Positions 37,599 through 49,616 of a DNA stretch of 49,616 nucleotides are shown here, piece after piece. Origin of the DNA: Octopus bimaculoides (Eukaryota); NCBI RefSeq assembly GCF_001194135.2, contig NC_068993.1:42170271-42219886 (forward strand), in the 5' to 3' direction. Position 1 is the stretch's first letter. Every line of letters begins with the position of its first letter. A program made the translations under genes and the position numbers. The notes under the pieces were generated by a model. The model did not search any database, was not told where the DNA came from, and saw nothing but the letters and a program-made list of their open reading frames with translations.

Positions 37599-39041
37599 TA
37601 CAAACCCATATAAATACATACATACATACATACATACATACATAAAATAATATTCGAAGAACCGATAGTCTCGGAAGTCAAAATAATAAGAGCTATTGTG
37701 ATGTAGAAGCCATACTAAAAATATGTAAGTATACTTTCTTCTGTTAAAAACTTTCTACAATGTAAGCATAACATGATCTGACATATGAAGAAATGTTTAA
37801 GTAATGACTGGAGAAGTTCTTACGAAAGGAATCTGTTATAGGCACATATTTGTTTAATTCATTTGTTTATATCCTAGTTTGTAATTCGTTTTCACTTTGT
37901 GTATCTGCATGTTTAGCAATAATGCGTAGAAAATAAACATCATCAGATTTATATTTCCCCAGAATGAATATTTCGAGTTGAAGAACTGGAAAGGAATGTA
38001 AAACTGATGATTCAATGGAGAGAAATTCTAGATTTTTGACCTTTCCATATTACATTTACACGAAGGGTGTAAATGATATTCGAGATGATACCGTAATTAA
38101 ACGCTGAAACTTCGGTTTGCTAGTAAATGCCAAGCTTCAAGTCATGCGGACGTTCTAATGACGGTTTATAATTAAGCAATGATGTAGAGAATACACATGT
38201 TATTTATAATCAATTACGTTAATGCAAATCTCATGAAGGGATTTATATGTGGTTTCTTGATCCCGATATCCTTCAAAGAGATCACAAAGATCTTGAAAAT
38301 GAAGCATATTTGGAAAATTTAATTCTTGTTATACAAATAGACAACATTGGTCATGGGTGATTTGCCTTTAATAATCATATGTGTACTCAATGAGGAGTGA
38401 CCTAGGGTCAAAAGGTCAATACCAATATAAAATGTAAGTATTACAGATAATACCTATTTGAAGATATGTAGAGACCTAACTGAGAAGTTTCGATGGAAAA
38501 GGTTAAGAAAGACCTGTAAAATATATGTGACCGTAAATCTAAGGTTAATCGATCATTAATCAAAATGAAACTATAAATACTTAGTTCAGTATAATTGAAT
38601 CAGTACGATGTAAAAATCTAGTCGCATACTACAAGAACAGACTGCGGAAGCACAAAGGGAGCTATCTTGACAAAAACCATAAAATCAAAGACCGAAGGGA
38701 ATGTAACATCAGAAACTCATATATTAGTTACCCTATTTACTCCCAATCTGAAGAATTTGGTGCACTTAACTAGAATGCTTGGACGACGTTTACTGATTGT
38801 TATGACCCATAAGTAATTTTATCTGCCCTATACAATAAATTTGCATTGATGAATATTAAATAGTATACAGAGCAAATACCCAAAGATCAAAGAGATACTT
38901 TCAAAGTGACAAACGATAATTGATTCCGGAATTATTCGTAGATGAATTGGATGTTGGCACAGGCAATTAAAATAAGGCAAGCCCAAGAAAGCAAAAACCA
39001 CTTGAGAGACAGAAAGGCAGAGAGGGAGAGAGGGGGGAGAA

Positions 39042-39044
<3 letters not shown>

Positions 39045-39086
<42 letters not shown>

Positions 39087-39087
39087 C

Positions 39088-39124
<37 letters not shown>
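39045..39124 (+). repeat. (GATA)n tetranucleotide repeat (another at ~34313-34357)
   Basis: Directly visible. Confidence 0.95.
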
Positions 39125-39125
<1 letters not shown>

Positions 39126-40004
39126 ATGTAAAAATAGAGAAGAACAAATAAGCAGAAAATTGTCAACTGAGGAAATTATTATTGATGGTCTTTTCGATAA
39201 AACTGTAACTCAATAGGCAAATTGTAATATTAACGATTATTTAAAAGGTATTCCAATAAAGCAAACAAAGACATGTCAAGGGTTTGTTTAAGAAGAATTA
39301 GACGTCTATGGTTTATTGAATCCATGAGTTAAATCTTAGATATGTAATAAATGTTTAGCCTTTTTTTTTTTGCATTGCATACACACCGACAAAAAGTGTA
39401 ATCAAAATGCATCTACGATACATATAGATACACAAACATATGCGCACACACACATTAACATATATACATATGTCTATAAACATGTATGCATACATATACA
39501 TGTATATAACCTGTTGTTTACTATATTTATATATATGTGAGAGGGACAGAGACAGACATAGAAAGAAACAGAGAAAGACATAGAGAGCAAGAAAGGGACA
39601 GAGAGTGGGGTGACTAGATGAAAACATTGGCAACAATGATTAATATTAGCATGCCTGTAGAGATAACGCAATTCCTAATTTGGAGAAATTCGAAGAGGAA
39701 TTGACGTAAATAAACTGATATAGGTATTATCTGAGATTCGTGAGCAATTTTGTTTCACCTCAATTATCCAACTGGTAGCATCTGAATTGCTATTTAATTG
39801 GATCATACTGCGCAGTATGAATGCCCAGTGAGATCGATAACAAATGACCATATAAGGTGCACCCACACTCTCGTCCTCTCATATATGAGTACACGTGCAC
39901 ACATACATATATATGCATTGTGTATGTTTGTATGTCTGTCTGTTTATATGCATGCATGTATGTATATATGAATGAATGTATGAGTCTATCTATCTATACA
40001 TACA

Positions 40005-40093
<89 letters not shown>

Positions 40094-40352
40094 ATATATG
40101 TATATATGTATGAGGTGGTGAGTCAGNNNNNNNNNNNNNNNNNNNNNNNNNNNNNNNNNNNNNNNNNNNNNNNNNNNNNNNNNNNNNNNNNNNNNNNNNN
40201 NNNNNNNNNNNNNNNNNNNNNNNNNNNCACACACACACACAAACACACACAAATCATATATATGAAAAGTACTAGCCCGCGTATGCGTCACAGTCGGATT
40301 GTACCCGGGAATGTTAACCTCTCCGTAGTGCATGATTATTTTGTATTCCTAG

Positions 40353-40457
40353 ATGTGGAAGAATGTAATCGAAGTCGAGATTTTAATCCTTCAGAATGTA
40401 GTAATTGTTTAAAAGAGGAACATCAAATACGACGCTATGTATTGTATCGTGCAACAG
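40353..40457 (+). CDS. Candidate internal phase 1-1 exon, 105 nt: (D)VEECNRSRDFNPSECSNCLKEEHQIRRYVLYRAT
   Basis: Acceptor TTATTTTGTATTCCTAG, donor CAG|GTAAAG, only one of three frames open, non-repetitive, 3 Cys; family not recognised. Confidence 0.45.
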
Positions 40458-41340
40458 GTAAAGAGTAAAGGAAGCTGATTTCTTTTCTTATTAATCATGT
40501 TCCAATCCAGATTCATCTTTAAAAATACACACATACACACACACATACACACTCACACATGCACACACACACATGCACGCACACGCACACACACACACAC
40601 GCACACGTACACACATGCATCACGTAAACACAGATACAGAGGCAATCGCATGTTCAGATAAGTAAATATATATATATATATATATATANNNNNNNNNNNN
40701 NNNNNNNNNNNNNNNNNNNNNNNNNNNNNNNNNNNNNNNNNNNNNNNNNNNNNNNNNNNNNNNNNNNNNNNNNNNNNNNNNNNNNNNNNNNNNNNNNNNN
40801 NNNNNNNNNNNNNNNNNNNNNNNNNNNNNNNNNNNNNNNNNNNNNNNNNNNNNNNNNNNNNNNNNNNNNNNNNNNNNNNNNNNNNNNNNNNNNNNNNNNN
40901 NNNNNNNNNNNNNNNNNNNNNNNNNNNNNNNNNNNNNNNNNNNNNNNNNNNNNNNNNNNNNNNNNNNNNNNNNNNNNNNNNNNNNNNNNNNNNNNNNNNN
41001 NNNNNNNNNNNNNNNNNNNNNNNNNNNNNNNNNNNNNNNNNNNNNNNNNNNNNNNNNNNNNNNNNNNNNNNNNNNNNNNNNNNNNNNNNNNNNNNNNNNN
41101 NNNNNNNNNNNNNNNNNNNNNNNNNNNNNNNNNNNNNNNNNNNNNNNNNNNNNNNNNNNNNNNNNNNNNNNNNNNNNNNNNNNNNNNNNNNNNNNNNNNN
41201 NNNNNNNNNNNNNNNNNNNNNNNNNNNNNNNNNNNNNNNNNNNNNNNNNNNNNNNNNNNNNNNNNNNNNNNNNNNNNNNNNNNNNNNATATATATAACGT
41301 GAGAGAGTTAGGGGTTGGGGGTACAACCCACTAAAGGATA

Positions 41341-41376
<36 letters not shown>

Positions 41377-41536
41377 TACAGAAACACAACATGGACGAAA
41401 CGAATCAAGAGAAGGCGTATGGGATAAAGAATTGGACAAGAGGTCACGGGATGTGACGAAAGAGTCGTGACAAAGAAACAATAATGGTAATAATAATAAT
41501 AATATCATCTTCATCATTATCATCATCATCATCAAC

Positions 41537-41593
<57 letters not shown>

Positions 41594-42129
41594 GAAGCGG
41601 AAGTAAAGACCAAACTCTATTTCACATCAAGAACCTTGCAAAACAAACGCATAAAGGTAATTTTAATTTTACTGCTACTCGTTTTATCCAAAGGCTGCGT
41701 CCATGCTGCAGCACTGCTCTTGATGAGATTGAACTATCTCACCAGCACTGTTTCTGGTAATGGAGTGTATTGAACAGAGCTGCTCATCTTTGGGTTTCTT
41801 GTTATAGTTTCATCACAGATAAAAATTTCTCCAAATATTCTTACAATACATGCACATCTACTTCCCACAGATTTCGAAGGTTGTTTGGCAGTGTTGAAAG
41901 CTTGAAGACATTTGAAACAAGCTGCTACGGTACTGTTTTCTTAGTCTGTCTAGTTGGTGAGGGCGGAATTGTTGGTATTCTTTAGTGCCATTCAGTTCGC
42001 TGGCTTTGGTATAGCTTTCAAACACAATGTTCGAAACTAGAAGACCTTCTAGAACCACATACGCGAGCTCGCGTACATACACACACATATGTATATTTGT
42101 GTGTCTGTATGCATATATATACATATATG

Positions 42130-42290
42130 AGTGGCTGTGTGGTAAGTAGCTAGCTTACCAACCACATGGTTCCGGGTTCAGTCCCACTGCGTGGCACCTT
42201 CGGCAAGTGTCTTCTACTATAGCCTCGGGCCGACCAAAACCTTGTGAGTGGATTTGGTAGACGGAAACTGAAAGAAGCTCGTCGTATATA
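42130..42290 (+). mobile_element. SINE family B, 5' half, low divergence, running into (TA)n and a gap
   Basis: GAGTGGCTGTGTGGTAAGTAGC...CCGGGTTCAGTCCC...GAAGCTCGTCG. Confidence 0.92.
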
Positions 42291-42298
42291 TGTATATA

Positions 42299-42333
<35 letters not shown>

Positions 42334-43269
42334 NNNNNNNNNNNNNNNNNNNNNNNNNNNNNNNNNNNNNNNNNNNNNNNNNNNNNNNNNNNNNNNNNNN
42401 NNNNNNNNNNNNNNNNNNNNNNNNNNNNNNNNNNNNNNNNNNNNNNNNNNNNNNNNNNNNNNNNNNNNNNNNNNNNNNNNNNNNNNNNNNNNNNNNNNNN
42501 NNNNNNNNNNNNNNNNNNNNNNNNNNNNNNNNNNNNNNNNNNNNNNNNNNNNNNNNNNNNNNNNNNNNNNNNNNNNNNNNNNNNNNNNNNNNNNNNNNNN
42601 NNNNNNNNNNNNNNNNNNNNNNNNNNNNNNNNNNNNNNNNNNNNNNNNNNNNNNNNNNNNNNNNNNNNNNNNNNNNNNNNNNNNNNNNNNNNNNNNNNNN
42701 NNNNNNNNNNNNNNNNNNNNNNNNNNNNNNNATATGCATATACACTACTATATACTTTTCTCCTTCCCCTGGGGAAGTGGTCTCAGTCCATTTAACCTCA
42801 CTCTCTAGCTCATCTGTTGCGTTACCTTCTCTTCTTTATTTAATGGTACTGGATTGGATTGCCTCGACTTCCGCTGTTACTTTGACGGTTTGTGACGACC
42901 ATATTTTGGAGTAACTGTGAGGAAATGTTCTGCAAAGAATACCCCGTAATACTTTTTCCTGGTTCTGAATGATCTCAAAATCCAGCCAACCACCAGTTTT
43001 GCCATTTTAGTAATATGCACATGGAATGATGCAGCTACCCCCTGTGGGTTCGCAGGTCAGGCACCGACTCTGAGAGTTCTACATATTTGTCAAGTCTAAA
43101 CATCATGTATGTAGGTTGAAAAGAATTGGTGCCTGGTGTGATAATTGGTTACACTTGTTTCCTTCCACCCTCCTGTCCAAGTTAATAGTTAATACTGGAT
43201 ATTTACGTCCTACAAGATGTAAAAGTCCCATCCATGACAATATAATACATACATATATNNNNNNNNNNA

Positions 43270-43305
<36 letters not shown>

Positions 43306-43859
43306 TGTGTCGTCATTGGTATGCGCAACAGAGTGGTACATTCATTTATGCAGTAGGCGTACACGATATGAAATTTTGTTCTTAATATGCCACAGGTAGA
43401 AATATTTATGGGAAAAACAGGATTTATCAAACCTATACACATATGTTTCGTTCTCGTATCCTGGTTTACACCGCATAAAACCTTTGTCCTATTGTAAATG
43501 TATTGCTGTACAAATCCTTTTAACAACTGATAACGTTATAACTGCCGACTCACTACCCACAATGTAATATATCATGTTACTTCCTTTAGAAATATAGTGA
43601 TAGGGGTCTGAATATCATTTTTTGTGCATTTAAGTGTTACGCATGGAAATATTTCTGACGTGAAATATTTAGAACATTGTTCCCTAGATTTTCGTGGTTG
43701 TTTTCCATTTCTTATGGCTGAGATATTACTGTTGACAATAGATTGCTCATAGTGTCCATGTGTGAATAGAGAAAGAAATCTGCTGTTTGTAATGACAGAT
43801 GATATGTTTAAATATAACAACAGAAGACATTCCCTATTGTTGCTATTTTCTTCCTGTTT

Positions 43860-44530
43860 AAGGCGGCGAGATAGCAGAATCATTATAGCGCCACAAAATT
43901 TATTTGCGGTATTAGCTGCAGCACTCTACCTACTGAGTTGAAATCCCACTCAAGTCTACTTTACTTTGAATTTCTCCGGCTTCGATAAAATAAAGTAGCA
44001 GCCAAGTATTAGGGTCGATGGTATCGACTAATTCCCGCACCTCAAACTTAGCCCTGTGCGTAAATTATAAACCATGATTTTCCAGTGTGTAAGGCGGTAA
44101 GCTGGCAGTATCATTCGCATGTTGAACAAAGTGCTTATGGGCGTTTCATTCGTCTTTAGATCCTGAGTTCAATTTCCACGCAGTTCGACTTTGAATTTTA
44201 TACTTTCGAGGTCGATGAAATAGTTATTTGGGTTGATGTAATCGATTAGCACTCTTCCCTAAAATTTCAGGCTTTGTGGTTATAGTTGAAAGGATTATTT
44301 TTCACTGTAAGGTGGCGAGCTGTCAGGATCGATAGAAAATCGGAAAAATAAAAAGCGCTATGCAGTATGTGTTCGAATTTCTATCATCTGAGTTCAAATG
44401 CTAGAAGTTGCCGAGCTCAACGTTTCTGTTCATCTCTCCAGGTTAGTTAAAATAGTGTACTAGTCAAATGGAGTAGTCGAAGATGTCTGTTAATCCCCGC
44501 AACATCTTAACTTTACTGGTCTTGTGCCTT
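43860..44530 (+). mobile_element. Three head-to-tail SINE family A copies
   Basis: Heads AAGGCGGCGAG (43860), AAGGCGGTAAG (44091), AAGGTGGCGAG (44309), each followed by a B-box. Confidence 0.85.
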
Positions 44531-44567
44531 CATTTACGATAAATAATAATATGAAGTACCTTATAGT

Positions 44568-44946
44568 TGGCACTCCGTCGGTTACGACGTCGAGGGTTAC
44601 AGTTGATCCAATCAACGGAACAGCCTGCTCGTGAAATTAACGTGCAAGTGGCTGAGCACTCCACAGACACGTGTACCCTTAACGTAGTTCTCGGGGATAT
44701 TCAGCGCGACACAGTGTGACAAGGCTGACCCTTTGAAATACTGGCACAACAGAAATAGGAAGTAAGAGTGAGAGAAAGTTGTGGTGAAAGAGTACAGCAG
44801 GGTTCGCCACCATCCCCTGCCGGAGCCTCGAGTAGCTTTAGGTGTTTTCGCTCAATAAATACTCACAACGCCCGTTCTGGGAATCGAAACCGCGATCCTA
44901 TGACCACGAGTCCGCTGCCTTAACCACTGGGCCATTGCGCCTCCAC
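44568..44946 (-). mobile_element. Full-length tRNA-derived SINE, family C, with perfect 10-bp TSD
   Basis: Minus head GGAGGCGCAATGGCCCAGTGGTTAAGG (A-box) and GGTTTCGATTCC (B-box); ACCTTATAGT at 44558-44567 and 44947-44956. Confidence 0.93.
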
Positions 44947-45074
44947 ACCTTATAGTATCAAACGGTAATGACACACGTTCTGATAGTAAACGGAGGTAAA
45001 ATACATGTTGACGACTCACTTTCGAATTCTGGTTAAGCAATTTCTCTGCTCTTTGAACGTATTTAACGTGTTGA

Positions 45075-45985
45075 AATCTTTCTTTCTAGCATAGGTGCAA
45101 AATCAGAATATTTCGAGAGGAGATTGGTAGATTACATCGCCTACTACTTAACTAGTAGACGAATAAAAGGAATGCTAAAGAGCATGAGCTAATAATCCAA
45201 CACATATTTTCTGGTGCCTTAACGATTCTCTCAATGCAACATCCTATAATAATGGCTTCTAATGTAGGCACAAAACCGAAGTGGGAACGAACGACTGCTT
45301 ATATCAGACACTGTGCTTGATTAATACTTTATTTTATACAATCGCAAAAGATGAAAGACACATTGACGTTCATAAAATTTAACTCGAGGGCGTAAAGAAC
45401 TAGAACAAACACCAGATGGCATTTTATACGACAATCTAAGGATCTTTACAGTTCACTACAATTTATAATAGTTTCAAACTTTCGTATTAGGCCAGTGATT
45501 TTAGCTGAAAAGAACGGATAGCATGGTACAGTAGGCTGCAGGTAGTGAGCCCGCTAAGCATGCAAGACCCCAGGAGCTCCAACAAAATCTGTGATAAAGA
45601 GAAAATAATAACAGCAACAACAACAACAACAATAATAATAATAATAATTATTATTATTTCTAATTTTGGTACAAGGCCAGCACTTCTGATGGGAGACGTC
45701 AAATCGATTACACTAGCTGCTTATTTGATTGCTACTTATTTTACTAGCCGTGAAAAGTAAAGCACTTCATAATAACGCTTTTCTAATTTTGACTGAAGCC
45801 CTGCACTTTTCAGGGTAAGTCGATCGTACATACCCCATTGTTTAAATGGTATTTGTTCAATTGACCCTGGAATGGTAGAATGCAATATTCGACTCGGTGG
45901 AATTCGCGCTCAGAATATAATGAACCGGCAGAAATGCCGCTAAGCAATTTGTTCGACGCTATTGCACTTCTGGCAGCTCGCGTCT
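45075..45985 (-). mobile_element. Cluster of diverged SINE family A copies and fragments interleaved with (AAC)/(AAT) repeats
   Basis: Repeated GGTACAAGGCC / GTCGAT / AATGCCGCTAAGCA blocks. Confidence 0.65.
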
Positions 45986-46027
45986 TTACCGTTTATTTCA
46001 AGAAAAAAGTTAATTCTTTCGATTTAG

Positions 46028-46089
46028 ACATCTGGCGAGGATGTCTTGAAGAGAAAGGAATAGCCGACGAGATCGAGATCAATGTGTGA
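46028..46089 (+). CDS. Candidate terminal phase-1 exon (D)IWRGCLEEKGIADEIEINV*
   Basis: Acceptor TTAATTCTTTCGATTTAG, only the phase-1 frame open, ends TGA-TAG; speculative. Confidence 0.25.
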
Positions 46090-46507
46090 TAGGTACATTT
46101 ATGTTATGGAGCTCGAAAGAACGAAATACTAAATTGTCCTCGGCCATATTTGAAATCTCGAGGTAAAGAGCGAGAAGATGCACTGCATTTTGTTTGAAGT
46201 TCAATGGATTCTGTCTATCCACTACTCTTCACTTGGGGGATTTAATGGTCATCATACTATGCACGAATTTAAGATCTTGTATAGAAAATAATGAATAGTA
46301 CACAACAAATGCATACTGGAATGATATTAATGTATTTTTTTTATGTTTGTTTAAAAGTTGTATTTATAAATGATGAGCACAAATATAATGAGTAATTAAA
46401 ACTGATATAATTAATAATTAATTAAACCTCATGACACACATTTTGTTTCATTTTAATGAAAGGAATCGAATCAGCATATTTTGGATAAATGAGTTTTCAA
46501 TAACGTT

Positions 46508-46509
<2 letters not shown>

Positions 46510-46587
<78 letters not shown>
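46510..46587 (+). repeat. (CT)n microsatellite
   Basis: Directly visible. Confidence 0.95.
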
Positions 46588-46589
<2 letters not shown>

Positions 46590-46837
46590 AATTATGCTAT
46601 TATTTGAACAATAGAAGAATAGAAGACAACTAAGGAGAGATTTTGTATAGTGGAGCTTTTAAACTTGTATAAAATCATGCATTGAAGATGTTTAACTCGT
46701 AAACGGTGGAAGAAGGTCACACGAATGTGTGTGCCAAATGGGTCAAAACCAGAAACTATATATTTTTTATTAAGGGCTATTTTATTTATATTTATTTATA
46801 TTTATTTTCACATTAAATATGCACAAAAACTAGGAAA

Positions 46838-47580
46838 ATGATACAGTTCCTGGACGTATTAATAATAACACGCACCAAGTATGGATTCAGGACATCCGTA
46901 TACCGCAAGCTGACCTTCACCGGACGATACCTCAACTTCAATTTCCACCATCCATACAGTGTAAAGAGAGGGATTGCTCAGTGCCTAAAACATCGAGCAA
47001 AGAATATAAGTAGTGATCGAGATACCAACCACGATGAAATGATCAAGCTCAGTAACAATCTATTAAGCAACAACTACCCCCAAAACATACTATCTACTCC
47101 AATTATGAAAAAAAGAGAGGATAAAACCAACAAACTGTCTACAGTCTGTCTACTCTATGTGAAAGGACTCTCCGAAAAGATACAAAAGATATGCGGCCCA
47201 AATGACATCAGGACAGTTTTCAAGAGTAAGAGAACACTTTGCAAATATCTCCTTCGGTTACAACCACCAATAGAAGAGAATATGACCCAAAACTGCGTGT
47301 ACTCTATCCCAATCAGCTGTGGTAGGTTATACAAAGGTGAAACACGTCGCCACCTCAAAATAAGGGTAGAGGAACATCGCAAAGCTGTGACACGAGGAGA
47401 TATTAATAAATCGGGTATAGCCGATCGGGTATGGAAAAATGGAGACCACCTCTCCCTGTGGGATGAAGTTAAATAATAGACAGAGAACACCACTGGAAAA
47501 TACAAAAACTAAAAGAGGCAACACATATGCTGGGACGCAACAACCTCTTAAGCAGACCGAGTGCAGATATGAACAGCATA
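46838..47580 (+). mobile_element. 5'-truncated Penelope-like retroelement: RT C-terminus/thumb plus GIY-YIG endonuclease, one frameshift near 47472
   Basis: FLDVLI, SVYRKLT, GRYLNFNFHHPYSVKRG, CVYSIPISCGRLYKGET, RVEEHRK; continues in shifted frame IIDREHHWKIQKLKEATHM; ends in (TA)n. Confidence 0.93.
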
Positions 47581-47856
47581 TATATATATATATATANNNN
47601 NNNNNNNNNNNNNNNNNNNNNNNNNNNNNNNNNNNNNNNNNNNNNNNNNNNNNNNNNNNNNNNNNNNNNNNNNNNNNNNNNNNNNNNNNNNNNNNNNNNN
47701 NNNNNNNNNNNNNNNNNNNNNNNNNNNNNNNNNNNNNNNNNNNNNNNNNNNNNNNNNNNNNNNNNNNNNNNNNNNNNNNNNNNNNNNNNNNNNNNNNNNN
47801 NNNNNNNNNNNNNNNNNNNNNNNNNNNNNNNNNNNNNNNNNNNNNNNNNNNNNNNN

Positions 47857-47889
47857 TGGTAGACAGAAACTGAAAGAATCTTAACGGTT

Positions 47890-47929
<40 letters not shown>

Positions 47930-48325
47930 ATGTGTGTGTGTGTGTGTGTGTGTGTATAAATGCGTGTGCATGTGTGTTTTGAGAGTGTGTTTACGTCCGC
48001 GTTACCTAGCAGTTCAGTAAAAAAGACCGATAGAATAAGTGCTGGACTTTGAAAACAATAAGAACTGTGGTCGATTCGTTCGACTAAAATCCTTCAAGAT
48101 GGTTCTCCAGTCAAATGACTGAGACAAATAGAAGAGAGAGAGAGAGATAGAGAGAGAGTTAGATAGATGATGAGCTTCCTCACAGTTTTTGTCAACTAAG
48201 TTCATTCACAAGGCATCGATCGGCTCGGATCTATAGTAGAAGCCAGTTACCCAAAATGCCGCGTAATGAGACAGAACCCGAAACGACACAGTTGCAAAGC
48301 GAGCTTCTAAACCACACAGCCATGT
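47857..48325. mobile_element. SINE family B fragments in opposite orientations (+ 47857-48130; - 48170-48325)
   Basis: TGGTAGACAGAAACTGAAAGAA...ATAGAATAAG; TTCACAAGGC...CTATAGTAGAAG...CTAAACCACACAGCC. Confidence 0.7.
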
Positions 48326-48709
48326 TTGTTTGAGATAGAAAATTAAATTGATTTTTTTTTAAATTGTTATTCTGTAAGTGTTCAAAGAGTTGATGCTATG
48401 CTTTGATTTAGAAAACTGATAGTTTCTTATAATTTCTAAACCAGTATTATTTATTCCCTGCTACTTCGTTGCTATGCACTCAAATTAGATTTGTAGTAGT
48501 GTTAAAATGACTGCCTTTGTTCATCTATTAAGGTCAATCAGAGGCATTATATAATTAAAGATTTAATTAAATCCTAACAAGTATCTAATGACTACCTTTC
48601 TAGCAAAAGCCAATGAAAGTATAGAATGGTACTGTCGATCAAAGCATTAACAACATTGTTATTCAAGGGGAATTTAGAAACAGAATAAAATTTGTGAATG
48701 AAATATAAT

Positions 48710-48925
48710 AACGGCTTCAAATTTCGGCAGTGGGTCAGCAATGTGAAAAGAGGTGTTTAGTCGAGTAAATTGACCTCATAACTCAACTGGTACTTAATTT
48801 ACCGACCCCAGCAGTGTGAAAGTCAAAGTGAATCTCGGAGGAATTTGAACTCATAATGTAAAGCCGAACGAAATACTTCAACGAATTTTTTCGTCGTGGA
48901 AACTATTCAACTACACCGCCATCTT
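48710..48925 (-). mobile_element. SINE family A
   Basis: GAATCTCGGAGGAATTTGAACTCA. Confidence 0.75.
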
Positions 48926-49064
48926 TCCATGAAGTGCAATATGAAAAGAAAGAACAGAAAATGCAAAACTGAATTAATTTACTTTTGTAAAATAACATCG
49001 TGTGATAAGAAAACTCAATCGGTAAAAACTGTAAGATTTTGATTCATGGTTATGAACATACACT

Positions 49065-49550
49065 CTTTTATTCTTTTATTTGTTTTAGTCATTGGATTGC
49101 GGCCATGCTGGAACACTGCTTTCAGGAGTTTAGTCAAATGAACAGGCCCTAATATGTATTCTTCTCTGAAGTCTATCTGGTATTTAGTCTATCTGGTTTG
49201 TTGTCGAACCTTTAATTGTGTAAACGTATACAAGTCAACACCGATTGATAACCATTGTGGGATCCAGCACAAAGGCACTCACGCACATGCGCATGCTAAT
49301 ACCCACATCTACCTATCGACGTATTTATCTACGTATATACACACATATAGATGCATACATACATACATATATGCTTGTATGCATGCACCACGGTTTCACA
49401 GAATTTCCATCAACCTAACTTACTCACAAGACATTGGTCGACCCAGAGCTATATTAGAATGAAACATGCTCAAGATACCACGCAACGGGACTGAACATAA
49501 AATCACGTGTTCCAAAGCGATCTTTTTTCATCATACAAACATGCTTGCGC
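49065..49550 (-). mobile_element. SINE family B, diverged, near full length
   Basis: TTTAGTCATTGGATTGCGGCCATGCTGGAACAC...CACGCAACGGGACTGAAC. Confidence 0.75.
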
Positions 49551-49616
49551 CCATTCAATACAAATAGAAGGCTGATATGTAAATAATAAGTTCAAACGTG
49601 TGTATATATATATATA

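Noticed and set aside
41620-42050. Unique-looking blocks that may be decayed TE coding sequence (also 8230-8950, 17990-18360, 38230-38790, 42790-43240)
   Set aside because: No diagnostic motif found in any frame by eye; needs TBLASTX or a repeat-library search.
42060-42075. 16-bp perfect palindrome TACGCGAGCTCGCGTA
   Set aside because: Sits at the edge of a (CA)/(TA) tract; too short to interpret.
44870-44946. tRNA gene-like sequence
   Set aside because: It is the head of a TSD-flanked SINE; no complete cloverleaf or terminator.
40353-46089. Loose likeness of the candidate peptide (ECSNC...RGCL) to CHH/ITP hormones
   Set aside because: Only four of six Cys, wrong spacing, and that family is ecdysozoan.
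12460-49462. Most long ORFs in the supplied track (poly-CV, HT, YI, V, S, K, LS, X)
   Set aside because: They are translations of microsatellites or run through N gaps; no coding signal.

Overview
AT-rich, repeat-dominated eukaryotic genomic DNA with about 2.9 kb of N gaps in 10 blocks, nearly all flanked by (TA)n/(TG)n. The tRNA-derived SINE families, the TTAGGG repeat and the extreme microsatellite load point to an octopus draft assembly (inference). No known host gene is recognisable, and most listed ORFs are microsatellite or gap artefacts. Supported content: dozens of tRNA-derived SINE copies, three decayed DD34D mariner transposases, one DD37D/maT-type relic, a TA-flanked MITE, a Penelope-like RT/GIY-YIG fragment, a Penelope-type terminal repeat with a degenerate hammerhead motif, and a ~72-bp minisatellite. 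The best finding is a 5.8S rRNA copy fused directly to a full-length SINE at 19522-19912. The pair is bracketed by one 18-bp target-site duplication, so it looks like a single chimeric retroposition event. A speculative three-exon gene for an 85-aa secreted Cys-containing peptide (30542-46089, +) is also proposed. All family assignments are from recognition of motifs by eye; no database search was possible.
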